From: Lingula anatina
Taxonomy: Eukaryota; Animalia; Brachiopoda
NCBI GenBank assembly: GCA_051362555.1
Contig: CM120642.1
Location: 13,392,001 to 13,456,000, forward strand
Reading direction: 5' to 3'
DNA length: 64,000 nucleotides
Positions 53,901-64,000 of the stretch are shown here, piece by piece. Within the stretch, counting starts at the first letter, position 1, and each line of letters starts with the position of its first letter. The position numbers and the translations under genes are program-made. A model generated the notes under the pieces. That model was not told the DNA's origin. It saw only the letters and a list, made by a program, of their open reading frames with translations, and made no database searches.

Positions 53901-54008
53901 AACCTGATGTGCATTTACTATGAAAAACATTGGGAGAGGGACATCAAGGAGTTTAGGAAAGAACTGAATATTTCTCTCATTGATGATCAAAATAGTGAAG
54001 TCAAGTGA
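50974..54008 (+). CDS. COQ4: Ubiquinone biosynthesis protein COQ4, mitochondrial
   Basis: Arg-rich presequence exon [10 protein letters not shown]... (50974-~51115); [21 protein letters not shown]...NPWRD; [11 protein letters not shown]; [10 protein letters not shown]...LPENTFG; [18 protein letters not shown]...[18 protein letters not shown] (HDxxH...E motif); final exon ...YYEKHWE...* ends at 54008. Confidence 0.96.
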
Positions 54009-56256
54009 AATGTTGTGTATATTAATAGTTTCAAGAAAGTCAATATTAGGAGGAAATGGTGATGTGCTTACAATTTTATGGCCAAAACACACACAGATAT
54101 ACATACTGCAGTCAGTTCAGTGAGAGTTGCAAAGGGTGACAGGAAATAAAGGTGAAAAAAATTATTTTCTTTTTGGTAAATTATAAATTATGCTCTTGAT
54201 GGAGTTTTTAAACATTGCCTACTGGAGATAATAATGTTATATTAATTCAGCAATGTTTGTTTTAATGTAAAATAAAAATATATAATAAAGTACATTGCAT
54301 ATGTTTTTAAATATATTGTAAATATTATAACAAGGGATTTAGAATAAGTAAATATATTTATTGGAATCACGTAAAGATTTGTAGTCATTGAACAGAATGT
54401 GAACATTTACCCTACATGGTATTATGTTCATTACTATAAGCCAGTGCTAAAACCATCCTAATGAAGCATAAGTGTATTAATGTCTGATCTGGTTGTCATT
54501 AAAGTGTTAAGTACAAAAATTAACCATTTAATCATCCCCCCCCCCAAACTTCATCCAAAGACACTGCCTGGATGACACCAAGCAGTGCCTCGAAAATGTA
54601 AAGTTTTATTTGTCATTTCTCATTCACAGGCCCATGGATTAACTCAGGTACTGGTATTTTTTTTACATGTTGCATCTCATATGAGAGAGCACCAGGATAA
54701 ATTGTTACAAAAATGCTGTTATGATTGTTGACTAGAGAACAGTAACAATTCCACATATATATATATATATATCTCTGAGGCTTACCTTTGATATGGATAT
54801 AGATGGATGCTGTAAGGAGCACCAGTGTCATAGATGATAATAATTAAATTGACCCAATGACTAGCCATCTTTGCCATGGACCAGTGTTAAGGTGTTTTGA
54901 CTCAGGCTTATATAGTGAATGGACAATGTAATATCAAGGATATGAGCTGACCTTTCCAACTGTACAAAGAAGCCTAATGCTACTAATAAACCATTTATGT
55001 TCCATGCCAAAAGTGGCCATGTTGATGACTATAGACAGCGTGTTCTCCTTATTATAAAATGTCTTTGTTAAATAAAATATGAAGCTACACTGTCAAAAGA
55101 AAAAATACTTCTATAAGACAAAACTAAAAAATATTATCATATAATGACATTTTAAGAGATTTCAAATGCTTTTATACTTGATATGTTCTATAACATACTT
55201 TTACATTTCCAGTCTTGAGTTTTAAAAATACATAAAAATAAAGTATTTTTTCAATCAACAGCTAATATTGACAACTAATATTACCTCCAATATATCAATG
55301 TCTCTCATGGAAAAAAAACTGCAACATAACACAGATGATGAAATTCTTCTCTGGTCTACATAAAAATAAAACTTTCAAAAACATAAATAACTGCCATAAA
55401 AGCTACATCAGTGTGACATAAATACAAATCATATCTTTGCTCGTAGTTTGCACATCATGATATTCAATATAAGTTTTAAAATGCATATTAATTGGTACAT
55501 TATAATTTTAATGTTTTAATTAACATTCAATTAAATTATATATATCTATTAAACATTAAGCAATTTGCTTACAATGCAAATAAGCACAATTTCTAAACCC
55601 TATACATGAAATACAGGTTAATTACTGTCAATCACATTTGCAATTCAAAAGAATTTTACTTGCTACTTCCTTTTTAAATGCCTATGGGCTGCAGGTTATA
55701 TTCTTGGATGATACCAAGAATTGCACACATTCAGGGTGAACTACAATGCTTTTATAACCACAGAAACATGTAAGTACTGTAAGTTAAGAAATTGATAGTC
55801 TTTGTGATAACATAAGTAAGCTCAAGGCTTCTACTACCAGTTCTATACTGATACAAAGCACGATTCATCCTGAACAAAAAGAAAAATTAAAACTTGAAGC
55901 TGCTCCAGATACATATCTGAATCCCTGCACTGTTGTCGTATAACAACACATTTATGTTCCTGATATGTTGCCAGTTTTGGTTAAGTAACAATTGTACTTA
56001 AATTATCTAAAATGTTGGACCCAAATATTTTTTGATTGATTTTTTAAGAAAGAAGTTAACATAATTGCTTTATAGCAAATAGTAGATCTAATTATAAGTT
56101 CTACTTTTTTTTTTCTTTTTTGAGATGGCCAAATATTGTAATAATTCTTAAAAAAGGATAAGACAGAGTAAAGTGTGTGAAAAATTCTCATACACTACAA
56201 CATGGTGTCCAGTCACTCTTTGGTAGTCCTGTTCCATTCATTACTGCATGGATCTT

Positions 56257-59200
56257 TTAACTACTAGAACAACATGGCTCCCAGTCAGTCTCAGGGAATC
56301 CTGGGTAAAGGCCATTCCAGAAGACAGCAAAGGCAACCAGGAGCAGGTAGATGACGAGGAAGACCCACCATAATATTACCTCCCATGGTTTCTTGTCCAG
56401 GTTTTTCAAAGCTATGCTCCCCACTAGAACACCTGGTAACAGGGAAAAAGACTGGTTCAATGAATGTATGATAACTGACCCCCAACAGAATATCAAAATA
56501 TTTAAATTTTAATTTTGACAGAAATCATTAAAAGGAAACAGAAATTTTATGAGCTGAATCTAGTAGACCATCCAAATACATCTCAATTCAGGTTATTGAC
56601 ACTTGATTCCATTAACTGACAAGCAATATTTTTTTTAACATTGTTGTAGTACATTTCAGGTAGTAGGAGTAACAATAGTTTACAAAATAATATGAGTTAT
56701 CACAATGCTTATGATATAACAATCATTTAATTATGATGAAAAAGGCCAGAACATTAATTAAATACCCATGTATGCTTTTTTCATTAAAAAAACTTGTGAA
56801 CCATAATTTACCTTGATGCAATAAATACATACATGTATAACAGAAAGCATTTTAAATATTAAAATATCATCCCCACATTGTCCTGTTGACACATGCAATG
56901 CCAAGCCTTTATGTAACTACATAGAAAACTGAAATATATATTAGTTGTTAGTAAGGTTAGTAGACAAACAAAATGATAAACCATTATTCAGTGTTAAAAA
57001 AAAAACAAAAAACACTGAGACATTCTTGAAGGTAAACTTAAGGTGATTGACAGAGGTATGCACCATGCTATAGCTGAATTAGTGGTGAACCAATCAACAG
57101 TGGCCATATCAAGCAAAATCCAAGATGGCCCCTAATATATTATTCATTTGTCATATGTAAATACAGAAATTGATTTCAAAAGTTACTTAACAATTTAATA
57201 TAATTAAAATTTGCACTGGCCACAAGTACTAAGGCCTTCTTCAATAATTCGGGCATTTTATATTTTTCAAGCTGGCAACTGAATTCAAGATGGCAGTCAT
57301 TTTCCTTGTTTTACTGATAAAAATACTAATACCTAAATTAAAAATTTTTTAAATATGTAAGATTGCATTGCAATCTGGGAGACTGAATATATGCAGGTAG
57401 GTTTCCACTCTCCATTTAGACCTAAAACCAGACATGATTATAATCTCATGTCTGTTGTCTCTTAATTATTTAAAATAATATTTATATTATCATGCTAACA
57501 TAATTATGTAATATTTTCATTGTTTTTTATGTAGAGCTAGCAATCATGACACCGTTTCTGTAGCAAGCTATCAATTTTGACAATGCATTTAGAGCTAAAA
57601 AAAGTTCATCATTATATGACCAATGTCCATTATTTTATAAGGAATTCAAATCCTTTAAGTGCAATGACACCTCTCTGCCCAGTGACAAGAGTTAGTTCCA
57701 CTTCCAAAAAGTAAACCCAATCTAAACTAGCTTAAAGCACCAACTTCCATATTTCACCCAGCACTGCTGCCACCTGAAGACCATATACCATGGGTTAACT
57801 GTGTGATGCTACATGTATATTGGTCTTACCAGCTAGAGCACCCCCAAAGTGAGCAGCGTAGCCAACATTTTCTTTTGTACTTGAGGCATAACGATTGTAC
57901 ACAGCAAGACCTATGTCTACCCCAGCTGATCAGAGGAAAATAGAGTGTTTTGAGACGAATGCTTTATATATATTTGGGTGATAAATATGATGAAAATGTG
58001 CTAAATATTGAAAATCTTTGGTGAAACTGAAAATTTAAAATTATGAAATATGAATAAAAACTAGAGGATCAGAGAGGCGATACCGCCTCCGGATATTGTA
58101 CCACCAGCTGGAGTAAGCGCATTCGTATGGACCCCCCCCCCTCCTAAAAGGGACACCATCACCAGTCTGGTGTTTGACAAGCTCTATAAGATGCAAACAA
58201 CAAGAGTTCTCAAAATATGCAAAAAAATATGACTAAAAATGATACAATCAAGCAGATTTTTGAATTGACTTGCATTTTCATACCCTTGATCACTCCTGTA
58301 TTCTCTAGACAAAAGGCCTATTGGTTTTCCTTGAAATACGTTGTCAATGGTGCATATATGCTGACAAAAGATAAAACCTAGGGGAAACAATGGGGACATC
58401 TCTGCTAGATTTAAAGATATGAGAGGCAAGAAAATATGCAAAGCTCAGTTCATGGTGAAAAAGTAGGTCAAAGGTCAATTTCAATATCATAGTATATGAA
58501 TTTCTATTCAAGTTCAATAGCAACCATGGGCATTTCTTTGCCAATTTTGCAGATTTAAAGGCCAGAAAACATGCAAAAAGCAGTTCATCATAAAAAGTAG
58601 GTCAAAGGTCAATTTCAAGGTCACAGATTGCTAGTGTACTTCCTATTCAAGTTCAATAGTAACTATGGACCTATCTCTGTCAGTTTTGAAGATAAAGGTG
58701 AACGAAAATTTGCTAAGTTCAGTTCATAGTAAAAAGACGGTCAAAGGTCAATTTTAAGGTCACAGTAAATTGCCAGTATATGACTTCCTATTTAAGTTCA
58801 ATAGTAACTATGGACCTATCTCTGCCAGTTTTGGAGATAAAAGGGAAAGAAAATCTGCAAAGTTCAATTCATGATGAAAAGTAGGTCAAAGGTCAATTTC
58901 AAGGTCCCACTTAGATTGCCAGTATATGACTTCCTATTCAAGTTCAATGGTAACTATGGACCTATCTCTGCCAGTTTTGGAGATAAAAGGGAACAAATAT
59001 TTTCAAAGTTCAGTTCATGGTGAAAAGTAGGTTAAAGGTCAATTTTAAGGTCAAAATAAATTGCCTCTAATGACTTTCTATTCAAATTCAATAGTAACTA
59101 TGGGCGTATCTTTGCCAGTTTTGGAGATAAAAGGGAACAAAAATTTGCAAAGTTCAGTTCATGGTAAAAAGTAGGTCAAATTTAAGGTCATAGTAAATTG

Positions 59201-61128
59201 TCAGTATATGACTTCCTATTCAAGTTCAATAGTGACTATGGACCTATCTCTGTCAGTTTTGGAGATTAAAGGGAACGAAAATTGGCAAAGTTCAATTCAT
59301 GGTGAAAAGTAGGTCAAAGGTCAATTTTAAGGTCACTGTAAAATTGCCAGTATGTGACTTCCTATTCAAGTTCAATAGTAACTATTGACCTATCTCTGCC
59401 AGTTTTGGAGATAAAAGGGAACAACAATTTGCAAAGTTCAGTTCATGGTGAAAAGTAGGTCAAAGGTCAATTTCAAGCTCACATCTAGATTGCAAGTAAA
59501 TGACTTCCTATTCAACTTAAATAATAACTATTGACCTATCTCGGCCAGTTTTGGAGATATAAGGGACTAAATGTTACAATTCTGAGTTACAATAATGTGC
59601 CACCACAAAGTACTTTTTAATACAGCATAACACGAAAACCGTTTGGAATACAAAAAAACGGAGACCACCTCCAGTGTTGGGCTTTACATGCTCTACAAAA
59701 TGCAAAAAAGAATGGGTCTCTAGCATTAACGGTTCCCGAATTAGAGACAGTTTTCAGTTTTGGCATCTTATGGCCGCTACTCCCAAGAAAATGCACCGAT
59801 TGACCCCAAATTCATGGAGATGAAAGATGACCTGAAGGGTAACACTTTCCAATAATATTATTGGTTAAGTCTGTGTGGTGTCTGAATAACAGGGCAAATA
59901 ATATTTTTTTTCTTAAAAAATTTCATTTTTTTTTTAATTTTGGCCCGTTTGACCTTGAAATAAAGGTCAAAGGTCAAATCCAAGGGCATATTTGAAATCT
60001 ACACATATGACTTTTGGAAAGCTGTCTGTAGAAAATTTTCCCATAATTCCTTCCGTAGGGTAGATAATTGGCATTGAATTTTCAAAAATTTTGACAAGGG
60101 TGCATTTCAAGGAGCGTCACGCCCAGGTCAATGCAGCGACTGAGACAAAAAAACCTGGGGGTTCAAGTTGAGGTTATATGTGACCTAAATCCAAGAGATG
60201 GGGACAGGGGTCCTTGCGGTCTAGGAGGAGAAGCGGTAACGGTGACTTGTATCCGGCGCCAGTACGCGGAGCCGGCGGAGCTTACGGAGCCGGCGGAGCC
60301 GGACGAGACGGGTCGGGACTAAAACCATGAGTACCGCCAGCGTACACGCTGGTGGTACTAATAATAAAATGGAAATTATACAAAAAAGAAAGAAAAAAAA
60401 AGAAAAAAATGCTTGTGTTTGAGTAAACCATGGTCAGGCTAAACCATATCTGGAAAAAAACTCACACTGCTATACAATGTGATGTGGAGTGACAAGCAAC
60501 TTGCTACTTAAAACACACTGCAGACCATGGTGACCTACTAAGCTGTTCACACAGTGCACAAAGACAATCTGAAAACTAGATGCATCTACCAGCACTCACT
60601 CTGGTAAATCAACAGGACAGATCAAGGACAGAAGCATCTCCCTAATTTTCAGAGAAATATTGGGATCTCATCTCTCTGTTTCATTTAGAAAAGTGACAGT
60701 AGCTACTGGCAGTAGCATTAATATCTTATCCACAGTGCGCTGGGCTTACATAACATATTTTACTTTCTTTTTGGTTTCTAAAATATATATAATGTAGACA
60801 TTATTTTTGACCAAATTCAATTTTGAAACAAAAGTTTAAGAAAGAGAGAAAGAGACAAATTCTTTCTCTGTATCAATCCAATTATAAGCAATTTTAGGCA
60901 GATATGAAATATTACCTGAACCAAATGAAAAAAAAACACTGTATGTATAAGCAGTGAGAAGTGCGTCACCACCTAACAAACTCTGACAATCAGGGTGACA
61001 CATGCTGGTCCACAATATCAAACCTGCTAAGGCCCCTCCAAAATGGGCGGCATAGCCGACCCTTCGTTCATCCATTCCTTCTTCCTCAGAATATCTTTTC
61101 CATATGGCAAGACCTGTATCTGTAGCAG
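56257..61128 (-). CDS. Rhomboid-family intramembrane serine protease (RHBDL/rho-like), 3' exons only; the 5' part is not seen in the window
   Basis: Exons 61024-61128 (ATDTGLAIWKRY...VGYAAHFGGALAG) and 57830-57925 (GVDIGLAVYNRY...VGYAAHFGGALAG) carry the AHxGG catalytic-His motif. Last exon 56257-~56432: VLVGSIALKN...WEVILWWVFLVIYLLLVAFAVFWN. Confidence 0.88.
58059..60362. mobile_element. Helentron/HINE-like element with internal satellite, in a rhomboid intron
   Basis: 5' aactagagg... with short IR gaggcgataccgcctc and subterminal gtaccaccagc. Internal ~145-bp tandem array and GC-rich cggagccgg repeats. 3' hairpin agtaccgccagcg-taca-cgctggtggtact (60330-60359). A-rich flanks. Confidence 0.65.
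58440..59570. repeat. Tandem array of ~8 units of ~135-146 bp
   Basis: aggtcaaaggtcaattt-type motif at ~58465, 58599, 58738, 58883, 59029, 59173, 59311 and 59457. Confidence 0.9.
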
Positions 61129-61364
61129 CTGGGAAATAATACCACCACCAGAGTTAGTAGAATATTTGTGTTATAATAAAAAGATAGATTTGGTACTTTT
61201 CCAGTCCAATTGTGATAGCTTTAGTGAATTCACACCATCCATAACTGTGTAATAAGTACAACAACATAAAGTAAGGAGCTTATCTGATCCCTGACATCCT
61301 CATTGCACCCATCACTAATGCTGGGCATTACACACAACTTAGCTTTAGGTGGGAGGTAGGGGGG

Positions 61365-61504
61365 AGTGGACTCTTCTGATACTGAATGGTCAGGGGATGG
61401 ACTCTTCTGATACAGAATGGTCAGGGGATGAACTCTTCTGATACTGAATGGATGGGGGATAAACTCTTCCAATACTGAATGGATGGGGGATAAACTCTTC
61501 CAAT
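61365..61504. repeat. 30-31-bp minisatellite, left part
   Basis: Unit gatactgaatggtcaggggatgaactcttct repeated ~4.5 times. Confidence 0.9.
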
Positions 61505-63850
61505 TAGCTTTTTCATCTTTTCCGGAAATGGAAATTGCATTGTGGGTAGGGGAGCCCTGCAACGACGAACACTTACAGCGGTGCTTAAAACCATGGCTGG
61601 GTTTACGGGCTTTTTGTCCCGCTACTACAATAACAGTAAGCGAGATCGACACATGAGGTTTAATAAGTTCCCAACAAACCCGTTAGAATGAAAAATATGG
61701 TAGAAAGAAAGGAAAATATAGCAAGTTTGGATCAAAAGCAGGGCACCGTGTTTGCACTGAACATTTCGAAGGCGGGAAGAAAAACTATAATATTAGGAGA
61801 TCAACGGTGCTTTAATAAAAAACAAAAATGCTTAGTTAAACAACGGATATAACGAACTGTCGGTAAATAGAACTCGGGGGTAAAAAATGCGAGAAAAAAA
61901 ACATTATAAAGATTTGAAGAAAAAATTGAAGAATAGGCCGGGGCCTAAAAATTAAGAAAAGACTTCAAGCATGAGATTATGGAAAAGAAAGTAAAAGCTT
62001 TAAAGTTTTACACGGGGATTCTACTTATAAAAAATTCAAGAACTTTCACGACTTTTTGTGTAACAACAAAGAGAAGGTTTGAAAAGTTTTGTATGTAATA
62101 TCCTTTTGTGTGTGTTTTATTGGGGGCGTCTCGATAGTCCGAAGGTTCATTGGTCCGAAGGTTCATTGGTCCGAAAAGTGGTAACATTTTCATCCATTTT
62201 TTAATCAAGGGTTCATTGGTCCGAAGGTTCTATAGTGAACATTCGGACCAATGAACCTTCGGACTATTGAACCTTCGGACTATCGCTACGGCCCCGTTTT
62301 ATTGATAAGTGATCATTTTAAATGTTGTAGGCCCATCACAGGTTTTAGTCTCTAATAACCCTTAGCAGGGTGAGTTCTATTTTTTTTAACGTGAGACGTT
62401 AATCAAATTTTTATTATTATGTATTCAGTCCCGTATACGTATTACTGATTTGTACAAACGGGGCTCATATTATCAAGATCAACAGAGACATACGAAGAAG
62501 AAAGTACATCGGCTCTTGTTGAACGCATTATCGGCGAAATAAAAAGTTATTTATTTCTGAACTCAATGACAAGAGAATTGGAAAATTCAATGGGCATATT
62601 TTTTACAAAAAATGCAGAAAAGCCTTTCTGTAAGCTACACGTACATAATACATGTATGGTAAAGACAAAATGGATAATAAACATAATCCAACAAGGTATT
62701 TGTAAAGTAATACAAATATGCTTAGTATTAAAGTAAGCCTTCGTATATTTAACTGTCTTAGATAGTTGAAAAGTATGAAATGTGTGGGAAACATTTTACT
62801 TGAATGTTTTAATTGTCTGTGATTGAAAACGATGAAAATACGCATAAAAACGTTTAAAAATCAAATAATTTGGGCTCTTGCTATAATTTTGTTTTTTGTT
62901 TCAGATTGACAAAATTTTCATACTTATCAGACGAAAGGCTGACATTTTTTACCTGTCGTAAATTTTGTACATATACTAGAGTAAGACACGGTAAACTTTA
63001 ATTATCGTCTGGGAAAGAGTCGAGAATTCCTGTCTCACCTATTTAACACTTAAAAGGTTTTAATTACAGAGGAAAGGTCGTAGTTGTGGCCGCCCGCCTT
63101 ACCGAACAATTGAACAAGTAACACCTGATGCCTTATCAGGTACCAAACGATTTAATCAGTTCACCGACGAACGATCTGCGTGTCAGTTTTACCTGTATAC
63201 ACAGTAGTTACGAGTCAAACAATGCAGGAAATCTTTTCATTTTATCACTTTAAAAATCTCTTAAGATATCCTTCAAACAAGACATCAAAATCGTAATGAA
63301 TTGACACTGCCGGTACATGAGGTGATATCGCCACAGCTTGCATACAACATGTACAAAATTGTGAAGACGTAGGCCTGCGCACCTGTCCACACTCTTGAAA
63401 GCTGTGTACGAGTCTACTGGCTATTTTGATTTTATATATAAAAAAATAACGAGTCTCTTTCGCATATCTTTATTATCGGAAGCATTTAAAAGAACTCCAT
63501 AGCTTTAGTTCGTCATCACTATTGAAAGTGTAGCCAAGGCTCGGACGCTTAGGTGAAGTCTAGTTGAAAAGCGCATCGTATTTAAACTGAGAAAGAAAAT
63601 ATTTAATTGCTTTATTCTCCGTCCAAATAGCTGGTTCTTTCCTACAGTTTATGCATTTCTGTGCTTCAGCCACCTTTTTAGTTTGACAGAAAGCAATGCA
63701 CGCTTCATACGACCTTTTTATATGCGCACCTTGTACATCATCTACACCTAGCATTGCCATGCTGGAAACAGCAGAGGACCACCATGACCCCTGTGGCGCG
63801 CGGTTCCTGTCATGCGCACTTCGTATTTCCGCAAAAGATGAAAAAGGTTA
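61505..63850. mobile_element. Degenerate TIR DNA transposon with THAP-domain remnant (ISL2EU/Kolobok/Harbinger-like), inserted in the minisatellite
   Basis: TIRs tagctttttcatcttttccggaaat / atttccgcaaaagatgaaaaaggtta. Plus-strand THAP-like remnants MAGFT...YYNNSKRD (~61593) and HRVCTEHFEGGKK (~61744), plus FYTG (~62006). A convergent minus-strand ORF remnant starts at ~63760. Removing the element restores the minisatellite unit with an AT (or AAT) duplication. Confidence 0.65.
62123..62295. mobile_element. MULE/Mutator-like MITE with 9-bp TSD, nested in the THAP element
   Basis: ggggcgtctcgatagtccgaagg ... ccttcggactatcgctacggcccc termini; 15-bp internal repeats (ggtccgaaggttcatt-type) in both orientations; gttttattg duplicated at 62114-62122 and 62296-62304. 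Confidence 0.8.
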
Positions 63851-64000
63851 ATACTGAATGGACAGGGGATAAACTCTTCTGATACTGAATGGCCAGGGGA
63901 TAAACTCTTCTGCTACTGAATGGCCAGGGGATAAACTCTTCTGATACTGAATGGCCAGGGGATGAACTCTATTGATACTGAATGGCCAGAGGATGGACTC
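63851..64000. repeat. 31-bp minisatellite, right part (runs off the window)
   Basis: Unit gatactgaatggccaggggataaactcttct, the same family as 61365-61504. Confidence 0.9.

Noticed and set aside
62130-62290. 15-bp repeats as a CRISPR or iteron array
   Set aside because: They are subterminal repeats in both orientations inside a MITE with a 9-bp TSD.
61365-64000. 31-bp direct repeats as a CRISPR array
   Set aside because: Units are contiguous with no unique spacers, there are no cas genes, and the context is eukaryotic; this is a minisatellite.
1-64000. tRNA, rRNA, snoRNA genes or U12-type introns
   Set aside because: None recognised by eye, and the junctions examined are GT-AG. A tRNAscan/Infernal search would be needed to exclude small RNAs.

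Overview
AT-rich, intron-containing eukaryotic DNA from an invertebrate animal; the repeat types suggest a mollusc or other lophotrochozoan (inference). Nine recognisable protein-coding genes: BAG6 (-), EDF1/MBF1 (+), an intronless alpha-1,3-fucosyltransferase (+), a TLCD3/FAM57-like gene (-), PSMB1 (-), LSM2 (+), DNLZ (-), COQ4 (+) and the 3' end of a rhomboid protease (-). There is also one unrecognised Cys-rich multi-exon gene (-). Six of the genes form three tight head-to-head pairs. Introns carry Helentron/HINE-like elements with internal satellites, hAT-like, MULE-like and other MITEs, a foldback Tc1 element and a degenerate THAP-containing transposon. The most interesting observations are: (1) a tandemly duplicated, frame-symmetric exon encoding the rhomboid catalytic-His helix, a candidate mutually exclusive exon pair; (2) clustering of homologues of human MHC class III genes (BAG6, LSM2) with 9q34 genes (EDF1, DNLZ, COQ4), i.e. 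proto-MHC linkage; (3) a BAG6 exon made of GTQ(A/T) repeats resembling a multivalent LC8-binding array; (4) a Tc1 element built from two inverted 3' halves. Exon boundaries were read by eye and may be off by a few bases. No database searches were run.
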